64,000 bases of DNA from TPA_inf: Saccharomyces. Taxonomy: Eukaryota. Each line of letters starts with the position of its first letter. Position 1 is the first letter of the stretch. Shown here in pieces: positions 1 through 11,425 of this stretch. The stretch lies in the NCBI GenBank assembly GCA_000146045.2, contig BK006938.2:1056001-1120000 (forward strand), given 5' to 3'. The notes under the pieces were generated by a model, which was given only the letters and a program-made list of their open reading frames with translations, ran no database searches and was not told the origin of the DNA. The position numbers and the translations under genes are program-made.

Positions 1-550
1 CACGTGCTGTGCGGGTATCCGCAAAAAGAAGATAGGTCAAAACAGGAATACACAGGGCTAGTCTTTATTACTGCCGCTGCTGCTGCTGCCGCTGCTACTG
101 CTGCTGTTGTGTGACTTGAAACGCGTTTTATCCTCCTCACCTTATCGTCATTTCTCTATCTTTTTCACTTGCACAGCTTAATAAGCTTTTCGACCTCCTG
201 TTTCCTATTGTCTTATTCCCTCACCCCGCGTCCTTCTTCGGGCAGTCGCGCTTTTCTCCGGCTTCTGCGGTTTTTCTTAGTCTTTCCGCACCAATTTTCA
301 CAGAAAAATTTCTTTTTGGGTTACTAAAAATTTCTTGTTTGCTATTGTCTTGATTTATTTCACTCTTTCTTCATCCTGCTGCGCTGTTGTTGCCGCATTT
401 TTCGTTTCGTGTTTTGGGATTATAAAAGAAGTAACGATTTACATATCTTCTATTCCCTTGCATTTACTCCGGGTCTTCGTCTTTACTGTTTGGTCTGGGT
501 ATTTCTAACATTCTAGTCCGAAGAGGGTGTATACGAAAAGAAAATATACG

Positions 551-1600
551 ATGAACGTAACATCGAATGCAACTGCAGCCGGTTCCTTTCCACTAGCATT
601 TGGTCTCAAGACCTCATTTGGGTTTATGCACTATGCCAAGGCCCCTGCCATTAATTTACGCCCCAAGGAATCCTTGCTGCCGGAAATGAGTGATGGTGTG
701 CTGGCCTTGGTTGCGCCGGTTGTTGCCTACTGGGCGTTGTCTGGTATATTCCATGTAATAGACACTTTCCATCTGGCTGAGAAGTACAGAATTCATCCGA
801 GCGAAGAGGTTGCCAAGAGGAACAAGGCGTCGAGAATGCATGTTTTCCTTGAAGTGATTCTACAACATATCATACAGACCATTGTTGGCCTTATCTTTAT
901 GCACTTCGAGCCGATCTACATGACTGGGTTTGAAGAAAATGCCATGTGGAAGCTTCGTGCAGACCTTCCTCGGATTATTCCAGATGCCGCTATTTATTAC
1001 GGCTATATGTACGGAATGTCCGCTTTGAAGATCTTTGCAGGCTTTTTATTCGTTGATACATGGCAATACTTTTTGCATAGATTGATGCATATGAATAAGA
1101 CCTTATACAAATGGTTCCACTCTGTTCATCATGAACTATACGTGCCATATGCTTACGGTGCTCTTTTCAACAATCCTGTTGAGGGCTTCTTGTTAGATAC
1201 TTTGGGAACCGGTATTGCCATGACGTTAACTCATTTGACTCACAGAGAGCAAATCATTCTTTTTACCTTTGCCACCATGAAGACTGTCGATGACCACTGT
1301 GGGTATGCTTTGCCACTTGACCCATTCCAATGGCTTTTCCCTAATAACGCTGTCTATCACGATATCCACCACCAGCAATTTGGTATCAAGACGAACTTTG
1401 CTCAACCATTTTTCACTTTCTGGGACAATTTGTTCCAAACTAACTTTAAAGGGTTTGAAGAATATCAAAAGAAGCAAAGACGTGTCACCATCGACAAGTA
1501 CAAAGAGTTTTTGCAAGAGAGAGAATTGGAAAAGAAGGAGAAACTCAAAAACTTCAAAGCTATGAATGCTGCTGAAAATGAAGTAAAGAAAGAGAAATAA
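551..1600 (+). CDS. SUR2: Sphinganine C4-hydroxylase (fatty acid hydroxylase family, His-box motifs HxxHH). Start taken at the MNVTSNAT Met, 8 codons inside the track ORF.
   Basis: ORF-track protein recognised as SUR2 (YDR297W), 349 aa. Histidine boxes HRLMH, HSVHHELY, HDIHH visible. Confidence 0.88.
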   Translation: MNVTSNATAAGSFPLAFGLKTSFGFMHYAKAPAINLRPKESLLPEMSDGVLALVAPVVAYWALSGIFHVIDTFHLAEKYRIHPSEEVAKRNKASRMHVFLEVILQHIIQTIVGLIFMHFEPIYMTGFEENAMWKLRADLPRIIPDAAIYYGYMYGMSALKIFAGFLFVDTWQYFLHRLMHMNKTLYKWFHSVHHELYVPYAYGALFNNPVEGFLLDTLGTGIAMTLTHLTHREQIILFTFATMKTVDDHCGYALPLDPFQWLFPNNAVYHDIHHQQFGIKTNFAQPFFTFWDNLFQTNFKGFEEYQKKQRRVTIDKYKEFLQERELEKKEKLKNFKAMNAAENEVKKEK

Positions 1601-1898
1601 CCCTTTTGCATACCTCCCGTTCAATTGCTGGGTAAAGGCAATGTCTCCGACTTCCCACGTTTGTATTTATTATCCATTTATATACATCAAGACATATTAT
1701 TAAGTGTATAGGCGTGACTTTGACTATATATTTGATTTGTAACGAAAGAATACATCAAAATTCAACTATGAAATGGTTATTATTGTGCATGCACATCTTG
1801 AATTATCAAAAAGGTCTTAAATGTTCTTCGGACTTTCTTGAAATCTTCGAAAACTGATGAGAATTCTTCATTATTTTTTTTTTTCTTCTTTTATTATT

Positions 1899-1909
1899 TT
1901 TTATGTTTA
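1899..1909 (+). promoter_or_regulatory. Candidate ARS consensus sequence (TTTTATGTTTA, 11/11 to WTTTAYRTTTW) in the convergent SUR2-ATP5 intergenic region
   Basis: Perfect ACS match inside a T-rich, AT-rich convergent intergenic spacer (1601-2175), a typical origin location. Function not verifiable from sequence alone. Confidence 0.35.
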
Positions 1910-2175
1910 TTCCATATATACACTTATAATTTTTTTTTTTGCGATTAATATAAGTTTGCCTGGATACACGAACATATATATGATTAAAATGGTTGTCTCG
2001 AACAAAAAAATTCACTTTTTAGAGGGGTTTCTTATTTATTCGTATATGTACGTAATTTTGATGTTTAGGAAAAATTCACGGAAAAGAATATATATTTGAA
2101 CAGAATCAAAAATTAGGAGGGAGGCAAAGAAAGTAACATCAAACGAGTTGAGCATATCCAACTATATTATTAACG

Positions 2176-2814
2176 TTAAATGCTGTCCTCTAAGACCTTA
2201 TTCAGTTTTTGAATCTTTGTAGAAATGCTTAAGTCAACAGTCTTGTCACCAAGTTCTACAATCAAACCACCCTTAATCTCTGGCTTAACCACGTTTTCCA
2301 GCTTCAAAGATTTACCTTGCCCCACCAATTTGGAGGCGCTCAAAGCTTTTTCAATCCTCTTGAAAGATTTAGGATCCAATGGTTCAGCACTAGTCACTGT
2401 ACCTTTAAGTAACCCGTTGTGAGCATCGTTTAAAACGCCAAAGTCAGACGCAATTTTTTCAAAACATCCCAGTCTGTTATTTTCGGAAAGAACCTTCAAT
2501 AGGTTAACGACATAACCATCCAAATTCTTGTGAGTCTCCACGATGGCATCAATGACAGAATTTCTGTCCTTCAATGACAATGCAGGATTCAGTAATAAGT
2601 GACCTAATTTTGGATTCTTTTTGACTGTGCTTTCAACTTTTTGCAAAGATTGAAAGGCAGCATCAATAGAGGAGTTCTTTGCAGCGGCCTGATATAAAGC
2701 TGTTGCGTAAGTGCCCTCAACACCGAACAATCTCACCGGTGGGGGAGCAGCAGCTTTGGAAGCAGCAGCTCTTAAGCTTGATGCAAATGACCTGGTAAAG
2801 ACTCTATTAAACAT
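2176..2814 (-). CDS. ATP5: Mitochondrial F1F0 ATP synthase OSCP subunit (subunit 5)
   Basis: 212-aa ORF recognised as ATP5 (YDR298C). N-terminal mitochondrial presequence [19 protein letters not shown]. Confidence 0.88.
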   Translation of the reverse strand: MFNRVFTRSFASSLRAAASKAAAPPPVRLFGVEGTYATALYQAAAKNSSIDAAFQSLQKVESTVKKNPKLGHLLLNPALSLKDRNSVIDAIVETHKNLDGYVVNLLKVLSENNRLGCFEKIASDFGVLNDAHNGLLKGTVTSAEPLDPKSFKRIEKALSASKLVGQGKSLKLENVVKPEIKGGLIVELGDKTVDLSISTKIQKLNKVLEDSI

Positions 2815-3499
2815 GATTGTCCACGGTTTAAAAATAATGCGGTAACTTGCTAATCGGTTCTTACTCTGCGGAAAAATATCTCAATGCCACAGTAGCCTGC
2901 TTAAATTTCCAAGTTGACTGAATTTTGTTTTCAATGAGATAAAAACTAGAAATACTGTACACAAAGTTAACAATTGGCGTTTGAAATTGTTCCTAGATAA
3001 TTGAAAGTTTTACTATCTCGCCAAAAGATCACTTCATTATCTTTAATTCCTTGTTTTTCCCACCCGGGCCCGGGTAAATGATATTTCAAATATCAGCATC
3101 TTATTGGCCAGCACCGTCTCTCGAAAGTGTCCACTTTATGACGACGGCATAAAATATAACGATTTATTGGACGTAAGTAGTTTTATAAGTTACTAAACCA
3201 AGATTATTCCGGCAAAAAAATGAACTTTAAGAGATATCTGAGCGCTTCGTATTTCTTGGTAGTCCCTTATAATGTACTACATTTATGTAGACCAGGTTTG
3301 CAGCCAGATCTTACGGGAAAGAGATTTTACGGCTCCCAGTCCGAGCTTTTCCATATACTACTCTAATATACAATGCATTCTTAGATTTCTTAACTGCTGC
3401 ATATGCTGTCTTTGGTCCTTTGCAAGCCTATTACTGCGGATTTAAGTTTTTTCCACTGATCGTTACCCGAATTTATGGGTTCTGAAAAATTAGAAGATG

Positions 3500-3523
3500 G
3501 AAAATTTTTCAATACGCGATGAG
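3500..3523 (+). promoter_or_regulatory. RRPE (GAAAATTTTTC) plus PAC (GCGATGAG) pair about 105-125 bp upstream of the BFR2 ATG
   Basis: GAAAATTTTTC at 3500-3510 and GCGATGAG at 3516-3523. This is the Stb3/Dot6-Tod6 motif pair of ribosome-biogenesis promoters, in the expected position and orientation. Confidence 0.6.
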
Positions 3524-3626
3524 ATGAGATAATTGTATATATGTAGTCGCATCTTGATAGGTATGCAGCGTACCATACATTGAGTAACAATAAGCACTGT
3601 TACCAATAAATATAGAGCAAAAAAAG

Positions 3627-5231
3627 ATGGAAAAATCACTAGCGGATCAAATTTCCGATATCGCCATTAAACCGGTCAATAAAGACTTCGATATTGAAGA
3701 TGAGGAAAATGCATCTTTATTTCAACACAATGAAAAAAATGGAGAAAGTGATTTAAGCGACTATGGAAATAGCAACACAGAAGAAACCAAGAAGGCGCAC
3801 TATTTGGAGGTGGAAAAGTCTAAGTTAAGAGCAGAAAAAGGTTTAGAACTAAACGATCCAAAATATACAGGTGTTAAAGGTTCAAGACAAGCATTATATG
3901 AAGAAGTTTCCGAGAATGAGGACGAAGAAGAAGAAGAAGAAGAGGAAGAAGAAAAAGAGGAAGATGCTCTTTCATTCAGGACAGATTCTGAAGATGAAGA
4001 AGTAGAGATTGATGAAGAAGAATCAGACGCGGACGGCGGTGAAACGGAGGAGGCTCAACAGAAAAGGCATGCACTATCGAAACTAATTCAACAAGAGACT
4101 AAACAAGCTATTAACAAACTGTCTCAATCAGTTCAAAGAGATGCTTCGAAGGGTTATTCCATTTTACAACAGACAAAATTATTTGACAACATCATTGATT
4201 TGAGAATAAAACTACAAAAAGCTGTAATTGCAGCAAATAAGCTCCCATTAACTACAGAGTCCTGGGAAGAGGCTAAAATGGATGATTCAGAGGAAACAAA
4301 GCGTTTGCTGAAGGAAAACGAAAAACTGTTCAATAATTTATTCAATCGGTTGATAAATTTCAGAATAAAATTCCAACTTGGCGATCATATCACTCAAAAT
4401 GAAGAGGTGGCGAAGCATAAATTGTCCAAAAAAAGATCTCTCAAAGAGCTTTACCAAGAAACTAATAGCTTAGACTCAGAACTAAAAGAGTACAGGACTG
4501 CCGTATTAAACAAGTGGTCTACCAAAGTTTCTTCTGCATCAGGTAACGCTGCTTTATCATCTAACAAATTCAAAGCTATCAACTTACCTGCAGATGTACA
4601 AGTCGAAAACCAATTATCCGATATGTCCCGTTTGATGAAAAGAACAAAGTTGAACAGGAGAAACATAACGCCTTTGTATTTCCAAAAAGACTGTGCTAAT
4701 GGCAGGCTACCAGAATTGATTTCTCCCGTTGTCAAAGATAGTGTTGATGACAATGAGAATTCGGATGATGGGCTTGATATCCCGAAAAACTATGACCCAA
4801 GAAGAAAGGATAACAATGCCATTGACATTACCGAAAACCCATATGTTTTTGATGACGAAGATTTTTACCGTGTTTTACTAAACGATTTAATTGACAAAAA
4901 GATTTCCAACGCTCACAATTCTGAAAGTGCAGCAATTACAATCACCTCAACTAATGCTCGTTCGAACAACAAGCTAAAGAAGAATATCGATACTAAGGCT
5001 TCCAAGGGTAGGAAATTGAACTACTCAGTTCAAGATCCAATTGCGAATTATGAAGCCCCCATCACATCCGGATACAAATGGTCAGACGACCAAATCGATG
5101 AATTCTTTGCGGGATTGTTAGGTCAACGAGTGAACTTTAATGAAAATGAGGATGAGGAACAACATGCCAGAATAGAAAATGACGAAGAATTAGAGGCTGT
5201 TAAAAACGATGATATCCAAATCTTTGGTTGA
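3627..5231 (+). CDS. BFR2: Nucleolar SSU processome / ribosome biogenesis protein with acidic Glu/Asp run
   Basis: 534-aa ORF recognised as BFR2 (YDR299W). GAA/GAG trinucleotide run at 3905-3960 encodes a poly-E stretch. Confidence 0.85.
   Translation: MEKSLADQISDIAIKPVNKDFDIEDEENASLFQHNEKNGESDLSDYGNSNTEETKKAHYLEVEKSKLRAEKGLELNDPKYTGVKGSRQALYEEVSENEDEEEEEEEEEEKEEDALSFRTDSEDEEVEIDEEESDADGGETEEAQQKRHALSKLIQQETKQAINKLSQSVQRDASKGYSILQQTKLFDNIIDLRIKLQKAVIAANKLPLTTESWEEAKMDDSEETKRLLKENEKLFNNLFNRLINFRIKFQLGDHITQNEEVAKHKLSKKRSLKELYQETNSLDSELKEYRTAVLNKWSTKVSSASGNAALSSNKFKAINLPADVQVENQLSDMSRLMKRTKLNRRNITPLYFQKDCANGRLPELISPVVKDSVDDNENSDDGLDIPKNYDPRRKDNNAIDITENPYVFDDEDFYRVLLNDLIDKKISNAHNSESAAITITSTNARSNNKLKKNIDTKASKGRKLNYSVQDPIANYEAPITSGYKWSDDQIDEFFAGLLGQRVNFNENEDEEQHARIENDEELEAVKNDDIQIFG
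3905..3960 (+). repeat. GAA/GAG trinucleotide repeat encoding the poly-Glu tract of BFR2
   Basis: gaggacgaagaagaagaagaagaggaagaagaaaaagaggaagat read directly. Translates to EDEEEEEEEEEEKEED. Confidence 0.85.
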
Positions 5232-5504
5232 ATATACATTTATTTTAAATACGCACAACTCATTTAATTTAGGGCTTATAAGTAGATAGAAGGATTTTAA
5301 CGGATCACAAAAAGTAGCTGTTAACAACTACCTTTTTTTTGAGTTAAGAACACTAATGTGGATTAGGAAGAAACAGCTGCTCTGCACAATTCTTCAAAAA
5401 AACAAAACATGCTTAATGTGTCATTATTTAACCTGGAAATATAAAGGTAGTGTTTTATATAAGAAATATCATTAAGGGAATCCTCTATAACTTTTTAGTT
5501 CGTT

Positions 5505-6791
5505 TCAACGAGGTGGGAATGCCAAATTTTCTCTATGAGCGACATATTCGCTGTCATTATAGCCCAATTCCTCTTCGATTTGGTCACTGTGCAAACCTTT
5601 AATTTTAGTTAATTCAGAACTCGTGTAATTGCATCTTGCCTTGCCTACTGTTTGCAAGGGAAAATCTGGATCTAACGTGCCATCTGGTAACTTTTTACCA
5701 ACTTTTATGTCAACACATTCTAACTCATGGAAAGTGCCCTGAACATCAATAACACCTGCTGGCAATAATCCCGCCTTATTTTTCCTTGTTAAGGCTGCGT
5801 ACGCACCTTGGTCTATAACAACAGCGCCTTTAGAGACAAGACCGTGTAAAATCCAAAACTCTCTATTCTTTAGATGGTGTTTATTATCATTAGCAATGAA
5901 CTTCGTATGTAGTGGAACGTTAAGAGCCTTTAATTTCTCAAATTCTCTTTTTTGCAAATCCGTTAAATCGCCATTATATGCTTGTTTAACTTTATTTTCA
6001 TCGTCAAGTTCTAGAGTTTGCATATACTCGACAATTCTACCTATATTCGCAGGTGTATCGCTTTTCATGATCAACGTATGAACACCGGCATTCGTTGCCA
6101 AATCTGCAGCAACCAATTTAGTTTCCATACCACCGGTCCCAACGTCAGAACCTGAACCACCAGCAGTATTCACACCGGGCAAACCCTTTGAGAGATCTGG
6201 GACAACTAAGATCGGCATGGCATCTGGGTTTGTCCTTGGATTATCAGTATACAAACAGTCAACATCTGTCAGTAAGAAAAGATAATCTGCATGGATTAAA
6301 GCAGAAGTAATTGCTGATAAAGTGTCATTGTCACCAAATTTGATTTCTCTAACAGATAGTGTGTCGTTTTCATTCACAATGGGAATAACGCCCATGTTCA
6401 ACAATTCATTAATTGTGTTTTGAGCGTTCTTATATTGGGTCCAGTCCAGAATATCATTTCTGGTCAATAGAATTTGAGCGATACGTTGATCAAATTGCGA
6501 AAACAGAAGATCCCATCTCCCGATCAATCTACCCTGCCCAATAGCTGCGATGGCCTGAACTTCTGCTAAATGTTTTGGTCTTTTATTCATACGCATAGTC
6601 CTCAAACCAACAGCAATACCACCACTGGACACGATGATAACTTTGTGTCCCATTCTTCTCAATTTGACTACAGTTTCGACAATAAGCGACATGATAGCTA
6701 ACTTAGGTTCTTTGGTTTTTTCATCTACTAGCGATGAAGAGCCTAATTTGATCACTATAGTATACGATTTACTCTCATTAGCATCCTTCAT
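5505..6791 (-). CDS. PRO1: Gamma-glutamyl kinase (proline biosynthesis), amino-acid kinase plus PUA domain
   Basis: 428-aa ORF recognised as PRO1 (YDR300C). N-terminal glycine-rich amino-acid-kinase motif (VIKLGSSSL). Confidence 0.88.
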
Positions 6792-7351
6792 TTTCGCGTT
6801 CTTATGACTATATTACAGTAGCTGATAAAATGACCTAAACTATGCCTATCTTTGAAGCAACTAGACATTAATCTTGAAAGACCGTTTTGATGGATGAATA
6901 ATTCATCGAGAAAGCATTAGTTCGCTGATGTAATTTTTCATTTCCTGCCATCATGCGATGTGTGGGTGCTATTTATTTTCAATTCCTTTACCAAGGTACC
7001 TGATAGTGTCATAAATAAATAAATTTAGACCAAAATGTAACCATTGATAAGTGAGAGTCTTAAATTTAACATGTTCATACTTTAACTGGTGCTCAACCGA
7101 TATATTATGATTCACTGTGCCACTGACCAGCCCTATTAGTGACATTTTGTGCTTCCTCATCCCGTCGGCTCCCAATAAGACAACGTAGTAAGTGATCTTA
7201 ATATAAGGTAAGTTCGAGGTGACATATTTCACAGAGCAGCGTTAAAGCAATCATATGTAAATTGAGGAAGATCACCGTCCCTTGAACACTTCACTGATTA
7301 AAACTATCAGGTACTAACCTAGATTCGCTTTTTACTCTAGCTACTGGCCCT

Positions 7352-10300
7352 ATGAATGTATATGATGATGTGCTTGACGCTACTGTTGTGTCTCATTCAT
7401 TAGCAACACATTTTACTACTTCAGATTATGAGGAGCTCTTAGTGGTGCGAACAAATATCCTTTCTGTCTACAGGCCTACTAGGGATGGTAAACTGTATTT
7501 GACTGATGAGTTTAAGTTTCATGGCTTGATCACCGATATAGGCCTCATTCCCCAAAAAGACAGTCCGTTAAGTTGCCTGCTTTTATGCACAGGCGTCGCT
7601 AAAATCTCTATTTTAAAGTTCAACACGCTAACAAACTCAATCGATACCCTAAGCCTGCATTACTACGAAGGAAAGTTCAAGGGTAAATCGTTGGTAGAGC
7701 TGGCCAAAATTTCCACCTTGAGAATGGATCCTGGAAGTTCTTGTGCCTTACTGTTCAATAATGACATTATCGCTTTTCTACCCTTCCATGTCAATAAAAA
7801 TGACGACGATGAGGAGGAAGAAGATGAGGACGAGAACATAGACGATAGTGAATTAATCCATAGCATGAATCAAAAATCCCAAGGGACGAATACTTTCAAT
7901 AAGAGGAAGAGAACCAAGTTAGGTGACAAGTTCACGGCTCCAAGCGTGGTATTGGTAGCGAGTGAGTTGTACGAAGGCGCCAAAAATATCATAGATATTC
8001 AGTTCTTGAAAAATTTTACTAAACCAACGATAGCGCTCTTATACCAACCAAAGCTTGTTTGGGCAGGAAACACCACCATTTCAAAACTCCCTACACAATA
8101 CGTTATACTCACATTAAATATCCAGCCTGCAGAAAGTGCCACCAAGATTGAATCAACCACAATAGCATTTGTCAAGGAACTGCCTTGGGATCTACACACC
8201 ATTGTACCTGTTTCGAATGGTGCTATCATTGTGGGAACCAATGAACTGGCATTTCTAGATAATACTGGCGTTTTACAATCGACAGTATTATTAAACTCAT
8301 TTGCTGATAAAGAGTTACAGAAAACAAAAATTATCAACAATTCTTCATTGGAAATTATGTTCAGGGAGAAAAACACTACGTCAATTTGGATACCTTCGTC
8401 CAAGAGCAAAAACGGAGGAAGTAATAATGACGAAACACTACTACTTATGGACTTGAAATCCAATATATACTATATCCAAATGGAAGCAGAGGGCAGGTTA
8501 CTGATTAAATTCGATATTTTCAAGCTACCTATAGTCAATGATCTTTTGAAGGAGAACTCCAATCCAAAATGTATAACACGTTTGAATGCCACCAATTCAA
8601 ACAAAAATATGGACTTATTTATTGGGTTTGGTTCAGGAAATGCTTTGGTTCTCAGATTGAATAATTTGAAATCTACCATTGAAACAAGAGAAGCACACAA
8701 TCCATCTTCAGGTACAAATAGTTTGATGGATATCAATGACGACGATGATGAGGAAATGGACGATTTATACGCCGATGAAGCTCCTGAAAATGGACTAACA
8801 ACTAATGATTCCAAAGGCACTGTGGAAACTGTTCAACCTTTCGATATCGAACTGTTATCATCTCTAAGGAATGTTGGTCCCATCACATCGTTAACTGTAG
8901 GTAAGGTATCTTCCATTGATGATGTGGTAAAAGGACTACCAAATCCAAACAAAAACGAGTATTCGCTAGTTGCCACATCGGGAAATGGTTCAGGTTCTCA
9001 TTTGACCGTCATACAGACTAGTGTTCAACCGGAAATTGAATTAGCATTGAAATTTATCAGTATAACACAAATCTGGAATCTGAAGATCAAAGGAAGAGAT
9101 AGGTACTTAATAACTACTGATTCCACAAAATCCCGGAGTGACATATATGAAAGTGACAATAACTTCAAACTTCATAAGGGCGGCCGTTTAAGAAGAGATG
9201 CTACTACAGTTTACATTTCAATGTTTGGTGAAGAAAAAAGAATAATACAAGTCACCACCAATCACTTATATTTATATGATACACATTTTAGACGTCTCAC
9301 CACAATTAAATTTGACTACGAAGTTATTCATGTTTCCGTCATGGATCCGTATATACTAGTTACCGTATCAAGGGGTGATATTAAGATATTTGAATTGGAG
9401 GAAAAGAATAAAAGAAAATTGTTAAAAGTTGATTTGCCAGAAATTTTGAATGAAATGGTTATTACATCTGGTTTGATTTTGAAAAGCAATATGTGTAATG
9501 AATTTTTGATTGGGTTGAGTAAGTCTCAAGAAGAACAGTTATTGTTTACATTTGTTACTGCAGATAACCAAATTATCTTTTTTACTAAAGACCATAATGA
9601 CAGAATCTTTCAACTAAATGGTGTTGACCAATTAAATGAATCTTTATACATTAGCACTTATCAACTGGGCGATGAGATCGTCCCTGATCCATCGATTAAA
9701 CAAGTAATGATAAACAAACTGGGCCATGACAATAAAGAAGAATACCTGACAATATTAACCTTCGGAGGAGAGATTTACCAATATAGAAAATTACCACAAA
9801 GACGTAGTAGATTTTATAGAAACGTTACAAGAAATGATCTAGCTATTACTGGTGCTCCTGACAATGCATACGCCAAGGGTGTTAGTTCCATCGAAAGAAT
9901 CATGCATTACTTTCCCGATTACAACGGTTATTCGGTAATATTTGTAACCGGTAGCGTTCCATACATATTAATAAAAGAAGATGATTCCACACCGAAGATT
10001 TTCAAATTCGGAAACATACCATTGGTTTCAGTCACTCCCTGGAGCGAGCGTTCAGTCATGTGTGTAGATGATATTAAAAACGCCAGAGTTTACACACTAA
10101 CTACTGACAATATGTACTATGGTAACAAATTACCATTGAAACAGATAAAGATCAGCAATGTGCTTGATGACTACAAAACTCTGCAAAAACTAGTCTATCA
10201 TGAAAGGGCTCAATTGTTTCTTGTATCTTATTGCAAGCGGGTTCCTTACGAAGCATTAGGAGAAGATGGCGAAAAAGTAATTGGTTATGACGAGAATGTT

Positions 10301-11425
10301 CCTCATGCGGAAGGATTTCAAAGTGGAATTTTACTCATTAATCCAAAAAGTTGGAAGGTCATTGATAAAATCGACTTTCCAAAGAATTCTGTCGTCAATG
10401 AAATGAGATCCTCTATGATTCAAATTAATTCAAAAACTAAGAGGAAAAGAGAATACATTATAGCCGGTGTTGCCAATGCCACCACTGAAGACACTCCACC
10501 AACTGGCGCTTTCCATATTTATGATGTGATAGAAGTTGTTCCCGAACCTGGTAAACCTGATACCAATTATAAGCTCAAGGAAATTTTTCAAGAAGAGGTC
10601 AGTGGTACTGTATCTACTGTTTGTGAGGTTAGTGGAAGATTCATGATTAGTCAAAGCCAAAAAGTTCTAGTAAGAGATATCCAAGAAGATAATTCCGTCA
10701 TACCAGTGGCATTTTTGGATATTCCTGTTTTCGTTACGGATTCTAAAAGCTTTGGTAATCTTTTGATAATTGGTGACGCTATGCAGGGGTTCCAATTTAT
10801 TGGTTTTGACGCAGAACCATACAGGATGATTTCATTGGGCAGAAGTATGTCGAAATTTCAAACAATGTCGCTAGAGTTTTTAGTGAACGGAGGGGATATG
10901 TATTTTGCGGCAACAGATGCTGACAGAAATGTTCATGTTTTAAAATATGCGCCAGATGAACCCAACTCTCTTTCGGGTCAACGTTTAGTCCACTGCTCCA
11001 GTTTCACGTTGCATTCCACCAATAGTTGTATGATGCTTTTACCAAGAAACGAGGAATTTGGCTCTCCTCAAGTGCCATCGTTTCAAAACGTTGGTGGCCA
11101 AGTGGATGGGTCAGTCTTCAAGATAGTTCCTTTAAGTGAGGAAAAATACAGAAGACTTTATGTGATTCAACAACAAATCATCGATCGAGAATTACAGCTA
11201 GGTGGTTTAAACCCTCGCATGGAAAGATTGGCCAACGACTTTTATCAGATGGGTCACTCTATGAGGCCTATGCTTGATTTCAACGTTATACGGAGGTTCT
11301 GTGGATTAGCTATTGATAGACGGAAAAGCATTGCGCAGAAAGCAGGAAGACATGCGCATTTTGAAGCATGGAGAGATATCATAAATATTGAATTTTCAAT
11401 GAGATCTTTATGCCAGGGTAAGTGA
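7352..11425 (+). CDS. CFT1: Cleavage and polyadenylation factor CPF subunit (CPSF160 homolog)
   Basis: 1357-aa ORF recognised as CFT1 (YDR301W). Length matches. Confidence 0.88.
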   Translation: MNVYDDVLDATVVSHSLATHFTTSDYEELLVVRTNILSVYRPTRDGKLYLTDEFKFHGLITDIGLIPQKDSPLSCLLLCTGVAKISILKFNTLTNSIDTLSLHYYEGKFKGKSLVELAKISTLRMDPGSSCALLFNNDIIAFLPFHVNKNDDDEEEEDEDENIDDSELIHSMNQKSQGTNTFNKRKRTKLGDKFTAPSVVLVASELYEGAKNIIDIQFLKNFTKPTIALLYQPKLVWAGNTTISKLPTQYVILTLNIQPAESATKIESTTIAFVKELPWDLHTIVPVSNGAIIVGTNELAFLDNTGVLQSTVLLNSFADKELQKTKIINNSSLEIMFREKNTTSIWIPSSKSKNGGSNNDETLLLMDLKSNIYYIQMEAEGRLLIKFDIFKLPIVNDLLKENSNPKCITRLNATNSNKNMDLFIGFGSGNALVLRLNNLKSTIETREAHNPSSGTNSLMDINDDDDEEMDDLYADEAPENGLTTNDSKGTVETVQPFDIELLSSLRNVGPITSLTVGKVSSIDDVVKGLPNPNKNEYSLVATSGNGSGSHLTVIQTSVQPEIELALKFISITQIWNLKIKGRDRYLITTDSTKSRSDIYESDNNFKLHKGGRLRRDATTVYISMFGEEKRIIQVTTNHLYLYDTHFRRLTTIKFDYEVIHVSVMDPYILVTVSRGDIKIFELEEKNKRKLLKVDLPEILNEMVITSGLILKSNMCNEFLIGLSKSQEEQLLFTFVTADNQIIFFTKDHNDRIFQLNGVDQLNESLYISTYQLGDEIVPDPSIKQVMINKLGHDNKEEYLTILTFGGEIYQYRKLPQRRSRFYRNVTRNDLAITGAPDNAYAKGVSSIERIMHYFPDYNGYSVIFVTGSVPYILIKEDDSTPKIFKFGNIPLVSVTPWSERSVMCVDDIKNARVYTLTTDNMYYGNKLPLKQIKISNVLDDYKTLQKLVYHERAQLFLVSYCKRVPYEALGEDGEKVIGYDENVPHAEGFQSGILLINPKSWKVIDKIDFPKNSVVNEMRSSMIQINSKTKRKREYIIAGVANATTEDTPPTGAFHIYDVIEVVPEPGKPDTNYKLKEIFQEEVSGTVSTVCEVSGRFMISQSQKVLVRDIQEDNSVIPVAFLDIPVFVTDSKSFGNLLIIGDAMQGFQFIGFDAEPYRMISLGRSMSKFQTMSLEFLVNGGDMYFAATDADRNVHVLKYAPDEPNSLSGQRLVHCSSFTLHSTNSCMMLLPRNEEFGSPQVPSFQNVGGQVDGSVFKIVPLSEEKYRRLYVIQQQIIDRELQLGGLNPRMERLANDFYQMGHSMRPMLDFNVIRRFCGLAIDRRKSIAQKAGRHAHFEAWRDIINIEFSMRSLCQGK

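Noticed and set aside
1-114. Open frame from position 1 on the + strand ending in a poly-Ala run (..TAAAAAAAATAAVV*), encoded by a GCT/GCC trinucleotide repeat at about 70-105
   Set aside because: No start codon within the window and only 38 codons. The upstream neighbour gene most likely ends before the window. Treated as a chance open frame over a trinucleotide repeat, not a gene 3' end.
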